From NCBI RefSeq assembly GCF_006345805.1, contig NC_043003.1:15004001-15068000 (forward strand): 64,000 bases of DNA. The letters are read 5' to 3'. The translations under genes and the position numbers were made by a program. The notes beneath the pieces are model-generated. The model did no database searches. It was given only the letters and a program-made list of their open reading frames with translations, and was not told the DNA's origin. This document shows, piece by piece, positions 1 to 12,849 of the stretch (position 1 is the first letter of the stretch; the number at the start of each line of letters is the position of its first letter). Source of the DNA: Octopus sinensis (Eukaryota).

Positions 1-750
1 AGAGGGACAGACAGACAGACAGGCAGGCAGACAGACAGACAGACAGGCAGAGGGGGTGAGAGAGAGACAGACAGATAGAGGAGTGAGAGAGAGAGAAAGA
101 AAGAAACAGAGAAATAAAGAGACAAACAGAGGGGTGAGCAAGAGAGAGAGAGAAAGAGACAAGCAGACAGACAGAGGATGAGAGAGCGAGAGAGAGAGAG
201 AGAATAATAAAGCATCAGCTGTTAAATAAATCAGCACCAAATCAGCAATGCCAAATAGACGATGCCAAAATGGCTGCACCAAAATGTCTCATAGTCATAA
301 GAGCACTTCCCTAGAAGAAATTGATGGCTTTTGTTGGTAGGTCAGCTGCGGAGGTGACTATTTTGAAGGCATAATAACGAATATAGGATCAAGCTGAAAA
401 GCACTCAGAAAGCCATTACAATGCATAGCACTCCCTTTTTGTCCTTGGATAGTATAACTTATTTCCTATTTGTTTACCCCTAAAAAGTATAAAGAATGGC
501 TTTTATTTCCTTCAAACTTTGCTTTTATTACATTTATTCAAACCCTAAAGAATCCCTTTTAATACATGACTATGACGTGCATCCATTACTCCTGGTCCTG
601 ATCCGAGATGCACATATTGTCAGCCACTGAGAGACATGCTCAAATGCTTAAGGTCAAGCAATTGATTAGCAAATCTGTGTTATTCCACAGAATATTTACC
701 ATAAGGGTTTTTTCTGCTTCAGCAACTCAGCACTGAATCTGTCTGAAATG

Positions 751-990
751 CAGTGCTAAATTAACCATTAAGTAAAGTAAGTACGTGCTTAGGGCATCAA
801 GGGAAAGAGGAGCACCACAGAAATGGTAAATGGTTTACAGCACAAAAGAAATCACTTCAAACTTGCTAAAATAATATTCGGGATGCCTTTGTCTCTACTA
901 AGTATAGATACAGATGTGTTACCTAAGATTAATTTTGAGGATCTGATCAAAGACATTGCAATTCAAAAAAGTAGGTGGAAACTTTTCAAA
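751..990 (+). mobile_element. hAT-superfamily DNA transposon remnant (terminus plus C-terminal dimerisation-domain fragment)
   Basis: Begins CAGTGCTAAATTAACC (CAG-type terminus). ORF 823..1095 encodes LSLLSIDTDVLPKINFEDLIKDIAIQKSR, resembling the C-terminus of ZMYM/TTF-type hAT transposases. Interrupted by a SINE at ~994. Confidence 0.6.
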
Positions 991-993
991 TAT

Positions 994-1181
994 AGGTGCA
1001 GGAGTGGCTGTGTGGTAAGTAGCTTGCTTACTAACCACATGGTTCTGGGTTCAGTCCCACTGCGTGGCACCTTGGGTAAGTGTCTTCTACTATAGCCTTG
1101 GGCCGACCAAAGCCTTGTGAGTGGATTTGGTAGATGGAAACTGAAAGAAGCCCGTCATATATATATGTATATGTGTGTATA

Positions 1182-1220
<39 letters not shown>

Positions 1221-1352
1221 ACACAACATCGCTTGACAACTGATGCTGGTGTGTTTACGTCCCCATAATTTAGCGGTTCGGCAAAAGAGACTAAAGGCGG
1301 TGCTCCGGCATGGCCACAGTCAAAATGACTGAAACAAGTAAAAGAGTAAAAG
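994..1352 (+). mobile_element. tRNA-derived SINE, family S1 (representative copy)
   Basis: Head GGAGTGGCTGTGTGGTAAG...GGTTCAGTCCC (A/B-box-like), internal (TA)n/(TG)n, tail CAGTCAAATGACTGAAACAAGTAAAAGAG. The same sequence recurs more than 15 times in the window. Confidence 0.85.
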
Positions 1353-2262
1353 ATATATATATATACATACACACACATATGTGTGTGTGTGTGTGGTGTG
1401 TGTGTAATATATCTATCTATCTATCTATTTATCAATATATACAGAAAGGAGAGAGACGAGAGAGAGAGATGGGCTGATAGACAGACAAACAGACAGAGAG
1501 GTAGGTAGACGTTTATATATAAACGCATGGTTCGCAAACATGATTTCATCTCATCAATTTATCTAAAATAAACAAAAACCAAAAGCAAACAAAAAGCCAG
1601 AAGTATTCAATTAAGCTTCCTTCTTTGCATCGTACACATTCTACACAGTGTTTTAATCAAGGTACAACACTGTGGAGTAGATCTTCTATAAATATATTTG
1701 TTTGTTCCTTTATCATGTTGCTGTGTACGTACGTGTGTCTGTATGTATGTGTATAGGTTGTTGTTTGCATAACCAACATATTCTAAAATGTCTTACAAAC
1801 AGAACATTATGGCTGAGGCATTTCAAGTGAAAATAATAAGAAGTTTGTATGTCCCTAGGAATTTTCATTCCATACCCTTTCTAATAATGAATTTTTATTT
1901 GTTGTTTATTCCAAACATTTTCAAGTGAAACTTGTCCAAATGAGGAGTATGTATTCAGATCTTTTCTTTCCTCGAAATATTTAATCAAATGCTTTATGGC
2001 TCTTATAAGAATTCATTGCTTTTGTGACACAGTTATTGTTACAATAATGATAACAAAATTGAACATACTGTAGCTTATAGCTTATTAATAAAAGCCATAT
2101 TAACCTATTAAATAGATATAACAAATAAAATCCCTTGTACACATATATATGTTTTTCTTTATATGCTTAAATAGTACAATTCTGATTGAATAACAAACAT
2201 TGATAATTGAATAGCTGCAACAATTCTAATTTAATGCTGGGTACATACATACATACATACAT

Positions 2263-2820
2263 CATCATCATCATCATCATTTAGTGTCCGCTTTCCATGC
2301 TAGCATGAGTTGGACGGTTCAACTGGGGTCTGGGAAGCCAGAAGGCTGCACCAGGCCCAGTCTGATCTGGCAGTGTTTCTACAGCTGGATGCCCTTCCTA
2401 ATGCCAACTACACCGTGAGTGTAGTGGGTGCTTTTTACGTGTCACTGGCACAGGTGCCAGATGAGGCTGGCAAACAGCTACGATCAGATGGTGCCTTTTA
2501 CATGCCACCAGCACAGAGACCAGTTGAGGCTGGCAACGGCCACGATTAGATGGTGCTTTTTACATGCCACCGGCGCTGGTATCACAGCTACAATTTCCAT
2601 TGATGTTGATCGATTTTGATTTTGATTTTGATTTTGGTTCTCACTTGCCTCAACAGGTCTTCACAAGTAGAGTTTTGTGTCCCAAGAAGGAAAGGCATGC
2701 ATTAGTGGGCTGGCTACATCACAGGTTGAGGCCACGGGTTATGGTCTCACTTGTCCTGCCGGGTCTTCTCACGCACAGCATACCTCCAAAGGTCTCGGTC
2801 TCTAGTCATTTCCTCGGTGA
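2263..2820 (-). mobile_element. SINE-like element, family S2, with (ATG)n tail and internal minisatellite
   Basis: Minus strand ends ...GGAAGGGCATCCAGCTGTAGAAAC...CATGCTAGCATGGAAAGCGGAC..(ATG)n. Homologous copies near 3114-3425, 4697-4978, 13312-13568, 18230-18440, 24736-25025, 45495-46010, 48568-48770, 49165-49435, 54158-54710 and 60562-60735. Confidence 0.8.
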
Positions 2821-3540
2821 GACCTAAAGTATATATATATATATATATATATACATGTGTGTGTGTGTATGTAGAATGTAAAGAAAATCAGGAGGTATGT
2901 GATAAATATGTATTTCCCCAGTTGATATCCTTAGGATGACAGCCATTTCACAGTCAATGCCATACAAATATAATTCATTTTAGTGTACAATATATTATTT
3001 TACATGTCTGCATTAGTGTGTATGCTATAGATTGCATAGTACTATTATATATTTTACAAACCAATGCAGGTATGGAAGACTCGCTCTTCAGATCAACAGA
3101 ATAACATGGTTACATCATCATCATCATCATCATCATCGTTTAACGTCCGTTCTCCATGCTAGCATGGGTTGGACGGTTCGACCGGGGATCTGGGAAGCCA
3201 GAAGGCTGCACCAGGCTCCAGTCTTATCTGGCAGTGTTTCTACAGCTGGATGCCCTTCCTAACGCCAACCACTCCGTGAGTGCTTTTTATGTGTCACCTG
3301 CACAGGTGCCAGGCGAGGCTGGCAACGGCCATGGTCGGATTGGTGCATTTTACGTGCCACCGGTACGGAAGCCAGCCGAGGCGGCACTGGCTTCGGCCAC
3401 GATTCGGATGGTGCTTTTTACGATCCAGTATAAGTAGTCTGTAGCTGGTTCCACTAAAAGAGCTTTTTTGTGATTATCACTGGATTATATAAATAAATAT
3501 ATTGTATATTAAATCTATATATATTCATAAAGAATAAGTT

Positions 3541-3859
3541 GTTTGTAAGAATAAAAAGTTTGGAATGGTACAACAATGTACTATAATACAAACAATGGGC
3601 TATATACCTGTTGTAATTTAGTCATCCATAGTTTGATATGATATTTCGGAATAATATTCCTTCTCCAGATATTCTTAGATGGAGTCGCTGCTATAATCGG
3701 TTTTCTAATGGCAACTCCATCCAAGAATATCTGGAGAAGGAATATTATTCCAAAATATCATATCAGTCTATGGATGGCTAAATTACATCAGGTATATAGT
3801 CCATTGTCTGTATTATAGTGCATTGTTGTACCATTCCAAACATTTTATTCTTTACAAAC
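3541..3859. repeat. Long inverted repeat (~145-bp arms, short loop)
   Basis: The arm ...TTTGGAATGGTACAACAATG...CTCCAGATATTCTTAGATGGAGT is mirrored by ACTCCATCCAAGAATATCTGGAG...CATTGTTGTACCATTCCAAA. A single diverged arm occurs at ~25055-25190. Confidence 0.9.
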
Positions 3860-4977
3860 TATACACAATGCTTCAAGTGAACTACAATACTATGTATATT
3901 CTTTTATTCTTTTATATGTTTCAGTCATTTGATTGCAGCCATGCTGGAGCACTGCCTTAAAAAGTTTCAGTTGAGTTTCAATTGAACCCAGGACTTTTTG
4001 TTTAGTAACCAAGTAATTCTTCTATTGGATTCTTTTGCTGAACTGCTAGGTTACGGGGATGTAAACACTCTATCATTCATTGGTGGGGGGACAAACACAG
4101 ACACAAAGACACACACACACACACACACATACTAGACGTAAGCTTCATGAACTACAAAATATAAATATTCACACTACCACACTTGAAACGTACCTGTTAT
4201 AACTTCATCTTGATTTGAATGTATGTGAAGGTATTTAGAATGCCCAATCTTATTTCTGCAAATGTGCTAAGCACTGAGGCTGATCATAGTTTAATCAATA
4301 AGCGTAGGACCGAGGCAAATGCAGTAAAAATAGAGGAGCCCCATTTAAGCGGCCCTTCAGAAATTGAACATCCTAATGATACTCCCTGGGAGTCCCTGGG
4401 ATTAGGGAAAATAGGAAAATAGGACAAGGTAGAAAATACTAAAATAATTTTATCGTGAAGAACATTTTAGTACCGGTTTCAGTCTTTGCGACTTTTTCAA
4501 CTTAGAGTAAAGCATGAAAAATAATTAAATTGTGGAAAAATTAAATTAAATGTTTCTTTAAATAATTTCCATAGTTTTCAAATGCAAGGAACATTTTCCT
4601 TTTTACTTTCTCTCTCTCTCCCTCCCTCTCTCTCTCTCTCTCTCTTACTTTTGTGAAGGTTCGCCTTCGTCTTTTGTTTTTTTGTAAAGTCTCACTATTG
4701 CCGCCTTGGCTGGCTTCCATGCTGGTGGCACGTTAAAAGCTCCAACCGATCGTGGCTGATGCCAGACCCCCCTGGCACCTGTGCAGGTGGCACGTAAAAA
4801 GCACCCACTACACTCGCGGAGTGGTTGGCGTTAGGAAGGGCATCCAGCTGTAGAAACTCTGCCAGATCAAGATTGAAACCTGGTGCAGTCCCTGGCTTCC
4901 CAGACCCCGGTCGAACCGTCCAACCCGTACTAGCACAGAAAACGGACGTTAAACGATGATGATGATGATGATGATGA

Positions 4978-5313
4978 TAGTGAGAATTTACAAAAAAAAA
5001 CACAAAACATGAAGACGGGTGTGTAAACAACAAATAGATGTATTAGTTTAATGCTCGGGAAGTGAGAAAGTCTTTCACATTTCGAGCCTATGCTCTTCAA
5101 CAGAAATGAACACATGAACACAGAAATAAACAGGGAGAGAAAGTAGAAAATAGAAATATATATATATATATATATATATAAAAACTTACTGGGAGAAAAG
5201 AAAAGTAATGAAACGAAACGACGTGAGGGCGCTCAGTCATACAATAATTTAATAAATAAAATATATGCATACATACATATATGTACGTACCTACATCTAC
5301 ATGTATATATGTA

Positions 5314-5349
<36 letters not shown>

Positions 5350-5579
5350 TACAGGACACCACAATTAAACGTAGAACTCAACGAGAAACAAAAACATAAA
5401 AACAAACTAGGAAACAGACTTTTTTTAACAATGAAAAAACATGTTCATGTGTTCATTTCTGTTGAAGAGCATAGGCTCGAAATGTAAAAGACTTTCTCAC
5501 TTCCTGAGCATTAAACTAATACATCTGTGTGTTGTTTACACACCCGTCTTCATCTTTTGTTTTTTTTTTTTGTAAATTC

Positions 5580-5586
<7 letters not shown>
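4978..5586. mobile_element. Inverted pair of ~140-bp Penelope-like repeat ends, each with a minimal hammerhead-like motif
   Basis: 4978-5119 is the reverse complement of 5442-5586. The motif CTGTTGA-AGAGC-ATAG-GCTC-GAAA-TG occurs at 5455-5490 (+) and 5072-5107 (-). Confidence 0.65.
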
Positions 5587-5619
<33 letters not shown>

Positions 5620-5624
5620 GAATT

Positions 5625-5819
5625 TACTTGTTTCAGTCATTTGACTGTGGCCATGCTGGAGCACCGCCTTTAGTTGAACAAATCACCCCCAGGACTTATT
5701 CTTTGTAAGCCTAGTACTTATTTTATTAGTTTCTTTTGCTGAACCGCTAAGTTACAAGGATGTAACCACACCAGCATTGGTTGTCCAGCAATAGTGGGGG
5801 AAGAAACACAGACACACAA

Positions 5820-5865
<46 letters not shown>

Positions 5866-6030
5866 TATGATGGGCTTCTTTCAGTTTCCATCTACCAAAT
5901 CCACTCACAAGGCTTTGGTCAGCCTGAAGCTATAGTAGAAGACACTTGCCCAAAGTGCCACACAGTGGGACTGAACCTGAAACCATGTGGTTGGGAAGCA
6001 AACATCTTACCACACAGCTATGCCTGCACC
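5625..6030 (-). mobile_element. SINE family S1, near full-length
   Basis: Reverse complement of 994-1352, including the AGTACTAGGCTTACAAAGAATAAGTCC segment that is missing from that copy. Confidence 0.85.
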
Positions 6031-6369
6031 TAAAGAAATTCTGGCCATGCACATCTGCCTTTGTGTTTGTCCCAGACCACCACCACAACCACCACCACCA
6101 CAAATGATGTTGGTTTGTTTACATCCCCATAACATAGCAGTTTCAGTAAAAATACTGATAGAATAAGTACCAAACTTTAAAAAAAAGATGCATACTAAGT
6201 TAATGTCTTCAATTAAATCCTTCAAGTCAGTGGCTCCAGCATGGTCGCTGTCCAATGAGTGAAACAAGCAAAGGAAGGTTGGATGAAGAAGGATAAAAGA
6301 AAAGTATTAATGGATTATTTGAGTGGATAAACAAAACAAAATTATAAATTATACTTAATTGAAGCTGAA

Positions 6370-6648
6370 TGGAGGAGGGGGTGAGGAAGGGAAGAGGAAT
6401 AAAAGGAGTGAAGCAGGGGAGAGGAAGAAGAGAAGAGGAGTAGAAGAGGGGCGAAGGGAGAGGAGGAGGCAGTGAAGAGGAGGAGGAAAAGGTGGAAGAA
6501 GGGAGGAAGAGGGAGGACAGAAGGAGGAAGAGGAGGTAGAAGATGAGGAGGAGGATGACGACGATGATGATGATACTGATGATGATGACGATGATGATGA
6601 CGATGATGATGATGATGATGATGACGATGATGAAGAAGATGAGGAGGA

Positions 6649-6681
<33 letters not shown>

Positions 6682-6780
6682 TGATAATGATGACGATGAT
6701 GAAGAAGAAAAAGAAGAAGAAGAACAACAACAACAAGGAGGAGAAGAAGAAGAAGAAGAAGAAGAAGAAGAAGATGAGGA
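6370..6780. repeat. Purine-rich (GAG/GAT/GAC/GAA)n trinucleotide microsatellite tract
   Basis: Direct inspection; explains the overlapping homopolymeric ORFs. Confidence 0.95.
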
Positions 6781-7038
6781 GTGGTGCTGGAGAAGTATGA
6801 GTTTAGGTTGGGGGTGGTGCAGAGTTAGGGCTGGACACAAAGAAAAGATAGAATTGAATAGATAGTTGATTTTGGAATTAATTTTTTGGCATTCATATTT
6901 AATGAGTGGGTTCCTCAGGCGTGTAGTTGAAATCAGTCAAGCGTAGAACTTAACAAAATTTGCCAGTGGTTCAAGAGTTTATTAACCAAAATGAATATAA
7001 ACCAAAATTTATGTTCCCAATTTTACTAATTTAAGTTT

Positions 7039-7099
7039 TCAGTCGATAGAGCATGAGAGTTTTAATCTTGGCTTGTGGGTTCAAACCCCACGTTGGGCA
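7039..7099 (+). pseudogene. 5'-truncated tRNA-Lys(CTT)-like pseudogene
   Basis: TCAGTCGATAGAGCATGAGAGTTTTAATCTTGGCTTGTGGGTTCAAACCCCACGTTGGGCA aligns with the metazoan tRNA-Lys(CTT) sequence (TCAGTCGGTAGAGCATGAGACTCTTAATCTCAGGGTCGTGGGTTCGAGCCCCACGTTGGGCG). The 5' acceptor strand is missing and the anticodon arm is mutated. Confidence 0.75.
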
Positions 7100-7280
7100 G
7101 AATATACTTTTGTGGTGCAAGTGTGACTGTGTGGTAAGAAACTTGCTTCCAAGTCACATGGTTCTCGGTTCAGTCTCATTGTGTGGCATCTTGGTTAAGT
7201 GTCTTCTACTGTAGCCTTGGGCCAACGAAAGTCTTGTAGGTGGATCTGGTGGACAGAAATTGAAAGAAGCTCACTGTATA

Positions 7281-7671
7281 TCTTTATATATAAAAAAGAA
7301 GTTGTGTGTCTGTCTCCTACGATTTAGATTCCTAACTACTCCCACATTTTGCGGTGCAGTTTAACCAAAACCGAGTATCTTATAGTCGTGATTCATATCG
7401 AGCCCTTCTGGGTATTAGCGCACGTCTACGATGAGTCTACGATTTTAAAAATAATTTACCATCAATTTTTCCCATTTTTAATGCATTTTTGGTATATATA
7501 AGGGAAGTAACTCTCTAAAAATGTATTATTAAATCTCAGAACATAAAAAGCTACAGTAACACCCCCCCCTTGTGGTTAGCCATATTGAGATGGCTATTAT
7601 ACTTTGCATCTTTAAAATGCTTATATAGTTATTTCCCTTACAAACCCGAGCAACGCCGGGCGATACTGCTA

Positions 7672-7672
<1 letters not shown>
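7281..7672 (+). mobile_element. Non-autonomous Helitron-like element
   Basis: A|TC...CTAG|T junctions and a GC-rich subterminal hairpin CCCGAGCAACGCCGGG about 12 nt before the 3' end. Confidence 0.75.
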
Positions 7673-7731
<59 letters not shown>

Positions 7732-7961
7732 CACAACACACATTCACACATATATATCGTAAATCAAGAAAAAGAACAACAAACACAAAAAACCAACAAC
7801 GTGAGGACGTGGTACATGTAATGTATTAGCAGACCTTCAAGAAAGGAAAGATGGTTTTACATTTTGAGCAGACGCTCTTCTTTGGAAACAGAGGGAAGTC
7901 CAATAGAAAGGAAGACGGAGGAAGAAAATTGCCAATGATTCACATGTGGTTACTTTTCATA

Positions 7962-7993
<32 letters not shown>

Positions 7994-8388
7994 CTAGCAG
8001 TATCGCCCGGCGTTGCTCGGGTTTGTAAGGGAAATAACTATATAAGCATTTTTAGAGAGTTATAGCCAAAAAATAGCAAAAAGATGCATTAAAAATGGAA
8101 ACAAAATGATGGTAAATTTTTTTTTAAATCGTTGACTCATCGTAGACATTTTTAGAGAGTTACTTCCCTTATATAATAGCGAAAAAATGCATTAAAATGG
8201 AAAAAAATGATGGTAAATTATTTTTAAAATCGTAGACTCATCATAGACGTGCGCTAACACCCAGAAGGGCTCCATATGAGTCACGACTATAAGATACCCG
8301 GTTTTGGTTAAACTGTACCGCAAAAGGTGGGAGTAGTTAGGAATCTAAATCGTAGGAGACAGACACAGAACCTCACTTTTATATATAT
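7994..8388 (-). mobile_element. Second copy of the same Helitron-like element, inverted
   Basis: Plus strand starts CTAGCAGTATCGCCCGGCGTTGCTCGGG and largely matches the reverse complement of 7281-7672. Confidence 0.75.
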
Positions 8389-8611
8389 GTGTGTGTGTGT
8401 GGTGTGTGTGACCGCATGTGTATCATTGGTGATTTTCTTTCTCCATCTTCCCTTCTTTGGACTTTTTCTATATTTTTAATGAAGAGCTCCGCTTGAAACG
8501 TTAAATCCTCTTTCTTTTCTTCCCTTTCCTGAGCGTCCAATAGCACTGTACTTATTCCACGTCCTTGCGTTGTTGCTTTTTCTTGCTTGTTCTTGTTTGG
8601 ATTGATTATAT

Positions 8612-8650
<39 letters not shown>

Positions 8651-9289
8651 TATAGGGTAAAAATTAATACTTAATTTTTACCAGTGGTCAGCATGTGTAT
8701 AAATGTCCATAGACTGCAAATATTATTATATTATACGTGTGTATAAAAAATTATACACGAAGGGATAAGCCACCAAGTGGCTTTCAAAAGCGCTAGAAAT
8801 AAGACTTAAATCCTAAACCACAAAAAGATTATTCTTATTTTAGCACGTTGAATGTAGGTGTGCAGGACAATTTGAGAGAATTCAAAAAATATTTTTTTGA
8901 ATTCTCTAAAATCGTCCTTAGCGGCTTTTCCCTTCGTGTATAATTTTTTATACACACATCTAATACAAATATAACTGGCCTGTCTCTCTTGTAATGTTCT
9001 TTTCTTTGTTTCTAGATACACACAGCATAGCAATCTTAGTGTGGCCTTTTGTTGTCTTTGCCTTTATTTTGTACCAATGTCAAAGACATTCTTTAAACAA
9101 ATGCATTCAGCAAATTTACCAAGTAAAATGGTAAAGGAAATATAGAATTTTGCTGGTTAATACATTTTGAAGTATAGCAGTTCAATATATATATACATAT
9201 ATAATATATATCTGTGTGTGTTGCATGAATATATATATACATCTGTGTGTATGTGTATGTATATATATATATATTATATATATATATAG

Positions 9290-9343
<54 letters not shown>

Positions 9344-9385
9344 TGTATATATATACATATATATATACATATATACATATATATA

Positions 9386-9417
<32 letters not shown>

Positions 9418-9442
9418 CATATATATATGTATATATATATAC

Positions 9443-9473
<31 letters not shown>

Positions 9474-10099
9474 CAGACATATGCCTGTGCATGCACGCGC
9501 CACTTGCACACACACACACACATATATACATACATGTATGTGAGTGTGTGTATGTGTGTGTGTGTGTGTGTGTGTGTTAGTTGAAGATAAAAGGGTACCA
9601 AGCTGGTGACAAGTTGTACATACTATACCGAACTCCCTGAAGATCATTAGGTCAGTTGAACTTTTACTTGACATAAATGGTTTTGTATGGATTGAAGTTC
9701 TGAGGTTTAGAACTGTGTAGCTTCTAGATTATTCTCAAAGCGTTTGTACAACAACTGTACAGAAGTAGAGGGGAAATGTATGATTTTCTTGCTTGCAGAT
9801 CAAAGGGGAATGTGTTCAATCCTGAAAAGCAGTGCTTGTTTGTAATTGTATGCCCAGTAGGATTTGCAGGCTGAGAATGAAGTCGCGAGTACAAAGACCA
9901 CAATCAATCATAGCATCCAAAGTAGATTGGGGGTACAGAAACAGAAATGAAGAAAGCTGTTTGATAGTTTGTCTGAACATGAAAACAGTAACCGTACACA
10001 ACTCATGAAAAACTGTTATCTAAAATGGCATGAGTTGGAGAGGAGGTCAGAAAAATGACGCCTCACTAAACAGAATAATGAGAGGGTTTGAGAAACAGT

Positions 10100-10680
10100 G
10101 AAATAATGGTTTCCAATTTTGGCACAAGGCCAGCAACTTTAGGGGAGGGGTAAGTCTATTACATCAGCCTCATTTTTAAACTGGTACTTATTTTATAAAC
10201 GCTGAAAGGATGCAAAGCAAAGTTGCCCTCTGTGGAATTTGAACTCAGAACGTAAAGACAGACAACACACTGGTAAGCATTTTGCTCAGCATGCTGATGG
10301 TTCTGCCAGCTCATTGCCTTACCGATAATAATAATAATAATAATAATAATCCTTTTTATTACAAGCACAAGGTCTGAAATTTGGGGTTGGGAGATAGTCA
10401 ATTACATTGACCCCAGGACACAACTAGTACTTAATTTATCGATCTTGAAAGAATGAAATGTGAATTTGACCTCAGTGGAATTTGAACTCAGAACATAAAG
10501 ACAGACAAAATGCTGCTAAGCATTTGGCCCAGTGTGCTAAAAATTCTGCCAGCTCACCACCTTAATAATTACAATAATAGTCGCTTCTACTATAGGCACA
10601 AGGCCTGAAATTTTGGGGGAGGAATTAAGTCCATTACATTGACTCCAGTACATAACTGGTACTTATTTTATTGATGTCAA
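10100..10680 (-). mobile_element. Tandem array of ~3 tRNA-derived SINEs, family S3
   Basis: Repeated GGCACAAGGCC...CTGGTACTT...GGAATTTGAACTCAGAAC...TTCTGCCAGCTC units separated by (TAA)n; the third copy is partial. Confidence 0.8.
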
Positions 10681-11349
10681 AAAGATGGTTAATCCAGCAC
10701 TGTTCAGATTACCATCTGAATATTTGGAATTGGAAAACCAAGTGCAACTCAGAGTACAGGAACTAGGAGCATTTCAAGTTTAATGTATTAAAGAATACTC
10801 GACACTCATGTATTGAGTTCTGTGATATTTACCACTTCTCAGTGAATCAGCAGAGAAATTTATATACAGTGTGGATGTGTGGTAAGAAGCTAGCTTCCCA
10901 ACCACATGGCTCTGGGTTCAGTCCTGCGGTGTGGAACCTTGGGCAAATGTCTTCTACTCAGGCCGACCAAAGCCTTGTGAGTGGATTTGGTAGACAGAGA
11001 CTGAGAGAAGCCCATTCCTTATTTCGAACTCAAATATTTACCTCTATTTAACAATCTCACATTGTCTTTGATAAAGGGATATCCAAAATATCCCAGAAAC
11101 AGCTGTAAGACTATATCTATACCTTTTTCCTTTATAAATGTCCTGAAAACTCCTCACAGCCTTGGCTTTGTTATCTCATTCGCTCTAATATATATATGCA
11201 TGTTAATACAAGATCCACATTAGACTCCTCACTCATATCACTGTTGAACCAAGAGTTTAACGAAGGTCTATCCATAGCTCTTACTTACTTGGCATTACCT
11301 GCCACTCTTTGGGTCTTCTAGATATCAATACCTCTCATATATGTATTTT

Positions 11350-11546
11350 ATCGAAATTTACAGGAAAACTAAAGACAAAGACAGATGTATAAACAACAAG
11401 CAGATGTATAAGTCTGACACTCAGGAAGGTGAGAAAGTCATTTATATTTCAAGCCTACGCTCTTCAACAGAAAGGAACATGAGGAAATAAACAGAGAGAG
11501 AATAAGGAAAGTTGTGGAGCTAGTGGTCAACCACAGTGACGTCTAT

Positions 11547-11579
<33 letters not shown>

Positions 11580-11803
11580 GAATGTAAATAAGTAACAAGG
11601 AAGTCCAGGTATCATTATGGCTGTCTCAGGTGGCTCCATTTAGTTGATAAATGAAATCATTACATCAATTTGAAAGAAACTGGTCTCCTTAGATGTAGAT
11701 GGTCATATAGATTTCCAGCTTGGAGTTGTGCAGATTATACCAAACTGGCTTGGTTCCACAATTTAAGTACCTAATTCAACTGAATCTTAATTATATTATT
11801 CAT

Positions 11804-11846
<43 letters not shown>

Positions 11847-12050
11847 TATATAGTCACCATGATTGACTGCTAAATCTTCGAGACTTTTATATTTTTTCTC
11901 TGTTTATTTCCTTGTGCTCCTTTCTGTTGAAGAGCATCAGCTTGAAACATAAAAAACTTTCTCACCTTCCTGAGTGTCAAACTAATACACCTGCTTGTTA
12001 TTTATACACCTGTCTTCATCTTTTGCTTTTCTGTAAATTTCAACTATATA
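11350..12050. mobile_element. Inverted pair of the same hammerhead-bearing repeat as 4978-5586
   Basis: 11350-11545 is inverted relative to 11850-12050. CTGTTGAAGAGC..GCTTGAAA motifs occur at 11439-11475 (-) and 11919-11955 (+). A solo copy lies at ~16250-16400. Confidence 0.6.
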
Positions 12051-12091
12051 TATATACATATATATATGTATGTGTGTGTGGGGGGTGTATG

Positions 12092-12170
<79 letters not shown>

Positions 12171-12409
12171 TTATGTATGTGCATCTAGGCCTGTCCCCCT
12201 GCTATTGCTTGACAACTAATGCTGGGGTGCTTATGTCTCTGTAACTTAGTGGTTCAGCAAAAGAGACAGATAGACTAGGTACTAGGCCTGGAAGAATAAG
12301 TCTTCAGGGTTGATATGTTTAACTAAAACCCTTTAAGGCAGTGCTCCAGCATGGCCTCAGTCAAATGACTGAAATGAATAAAAGTATAGAAGTATATATG
12401 TAACAAGGG

Positions 12410-12662
12410 GTGAAAACCCCTTTGGTCACAAGTCTGGGCAAGGCTGTTTGTGTAAGAGCAGCAAGTTTCCCATGCAATCCAGTCTCACCCCTCTTCATGC
12501 CACCAGTGTTGTCATGATGCCATTTCTACAGCTGAGTGAACTGGAGTAACATGAGACAAAGTGTCTTGCTCAAGAACACAACACACAGGTCACTCTGGGA
12601 ATCAAACTCACAACCTCATGATTGTATGCCTGACGCTCATACCACTGAGCCTTATGCCTTTC
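12410..12662 (-). mobile_element. tRNA-derived SINE (S4-type head)
   Basis: Minus strand reads GGCTCAGTGGTATGAGCG...GAGTTTGATTCCC...TGTGTTCTTGAGCAAGACACTT, similar to the head of 54853-55100. Confidence 0.6.
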
Positions 12663-12734
12663 CATATATAAGTGTGTGTGTATGTGTATGTCTGTCTATC
12701 TATCTATCTATCTAATCTATCTATATATATATAT

Positions 12735-12770
<36 letters not shown>

Positions 12771-12773
12771 ATA

Positions 12774-12835
<62 letters not shown>

Positions 12836-12849
12836 GTATATATATATGT

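Noticed and set aside
7039-7099. Functional tRNA-Lys gene
   Set aside because: The 5' acceptor strand is absent and the anticodon arm is mutated; kept only as a pseudogene.
8737-8960. Inverted repeat with a hairpin and an AGCGCT palindrome resembling a hammerhead
   Set aside because: The core lacks CUGANGA and GAAA and no stem I is evident; too degenerate to call.
9590-10090. Unique-looking stretch with a possible splice acceptor at ~9798
   Set aside because: The plus-strand frames after the acceptor hit stops and no motif was recognised.
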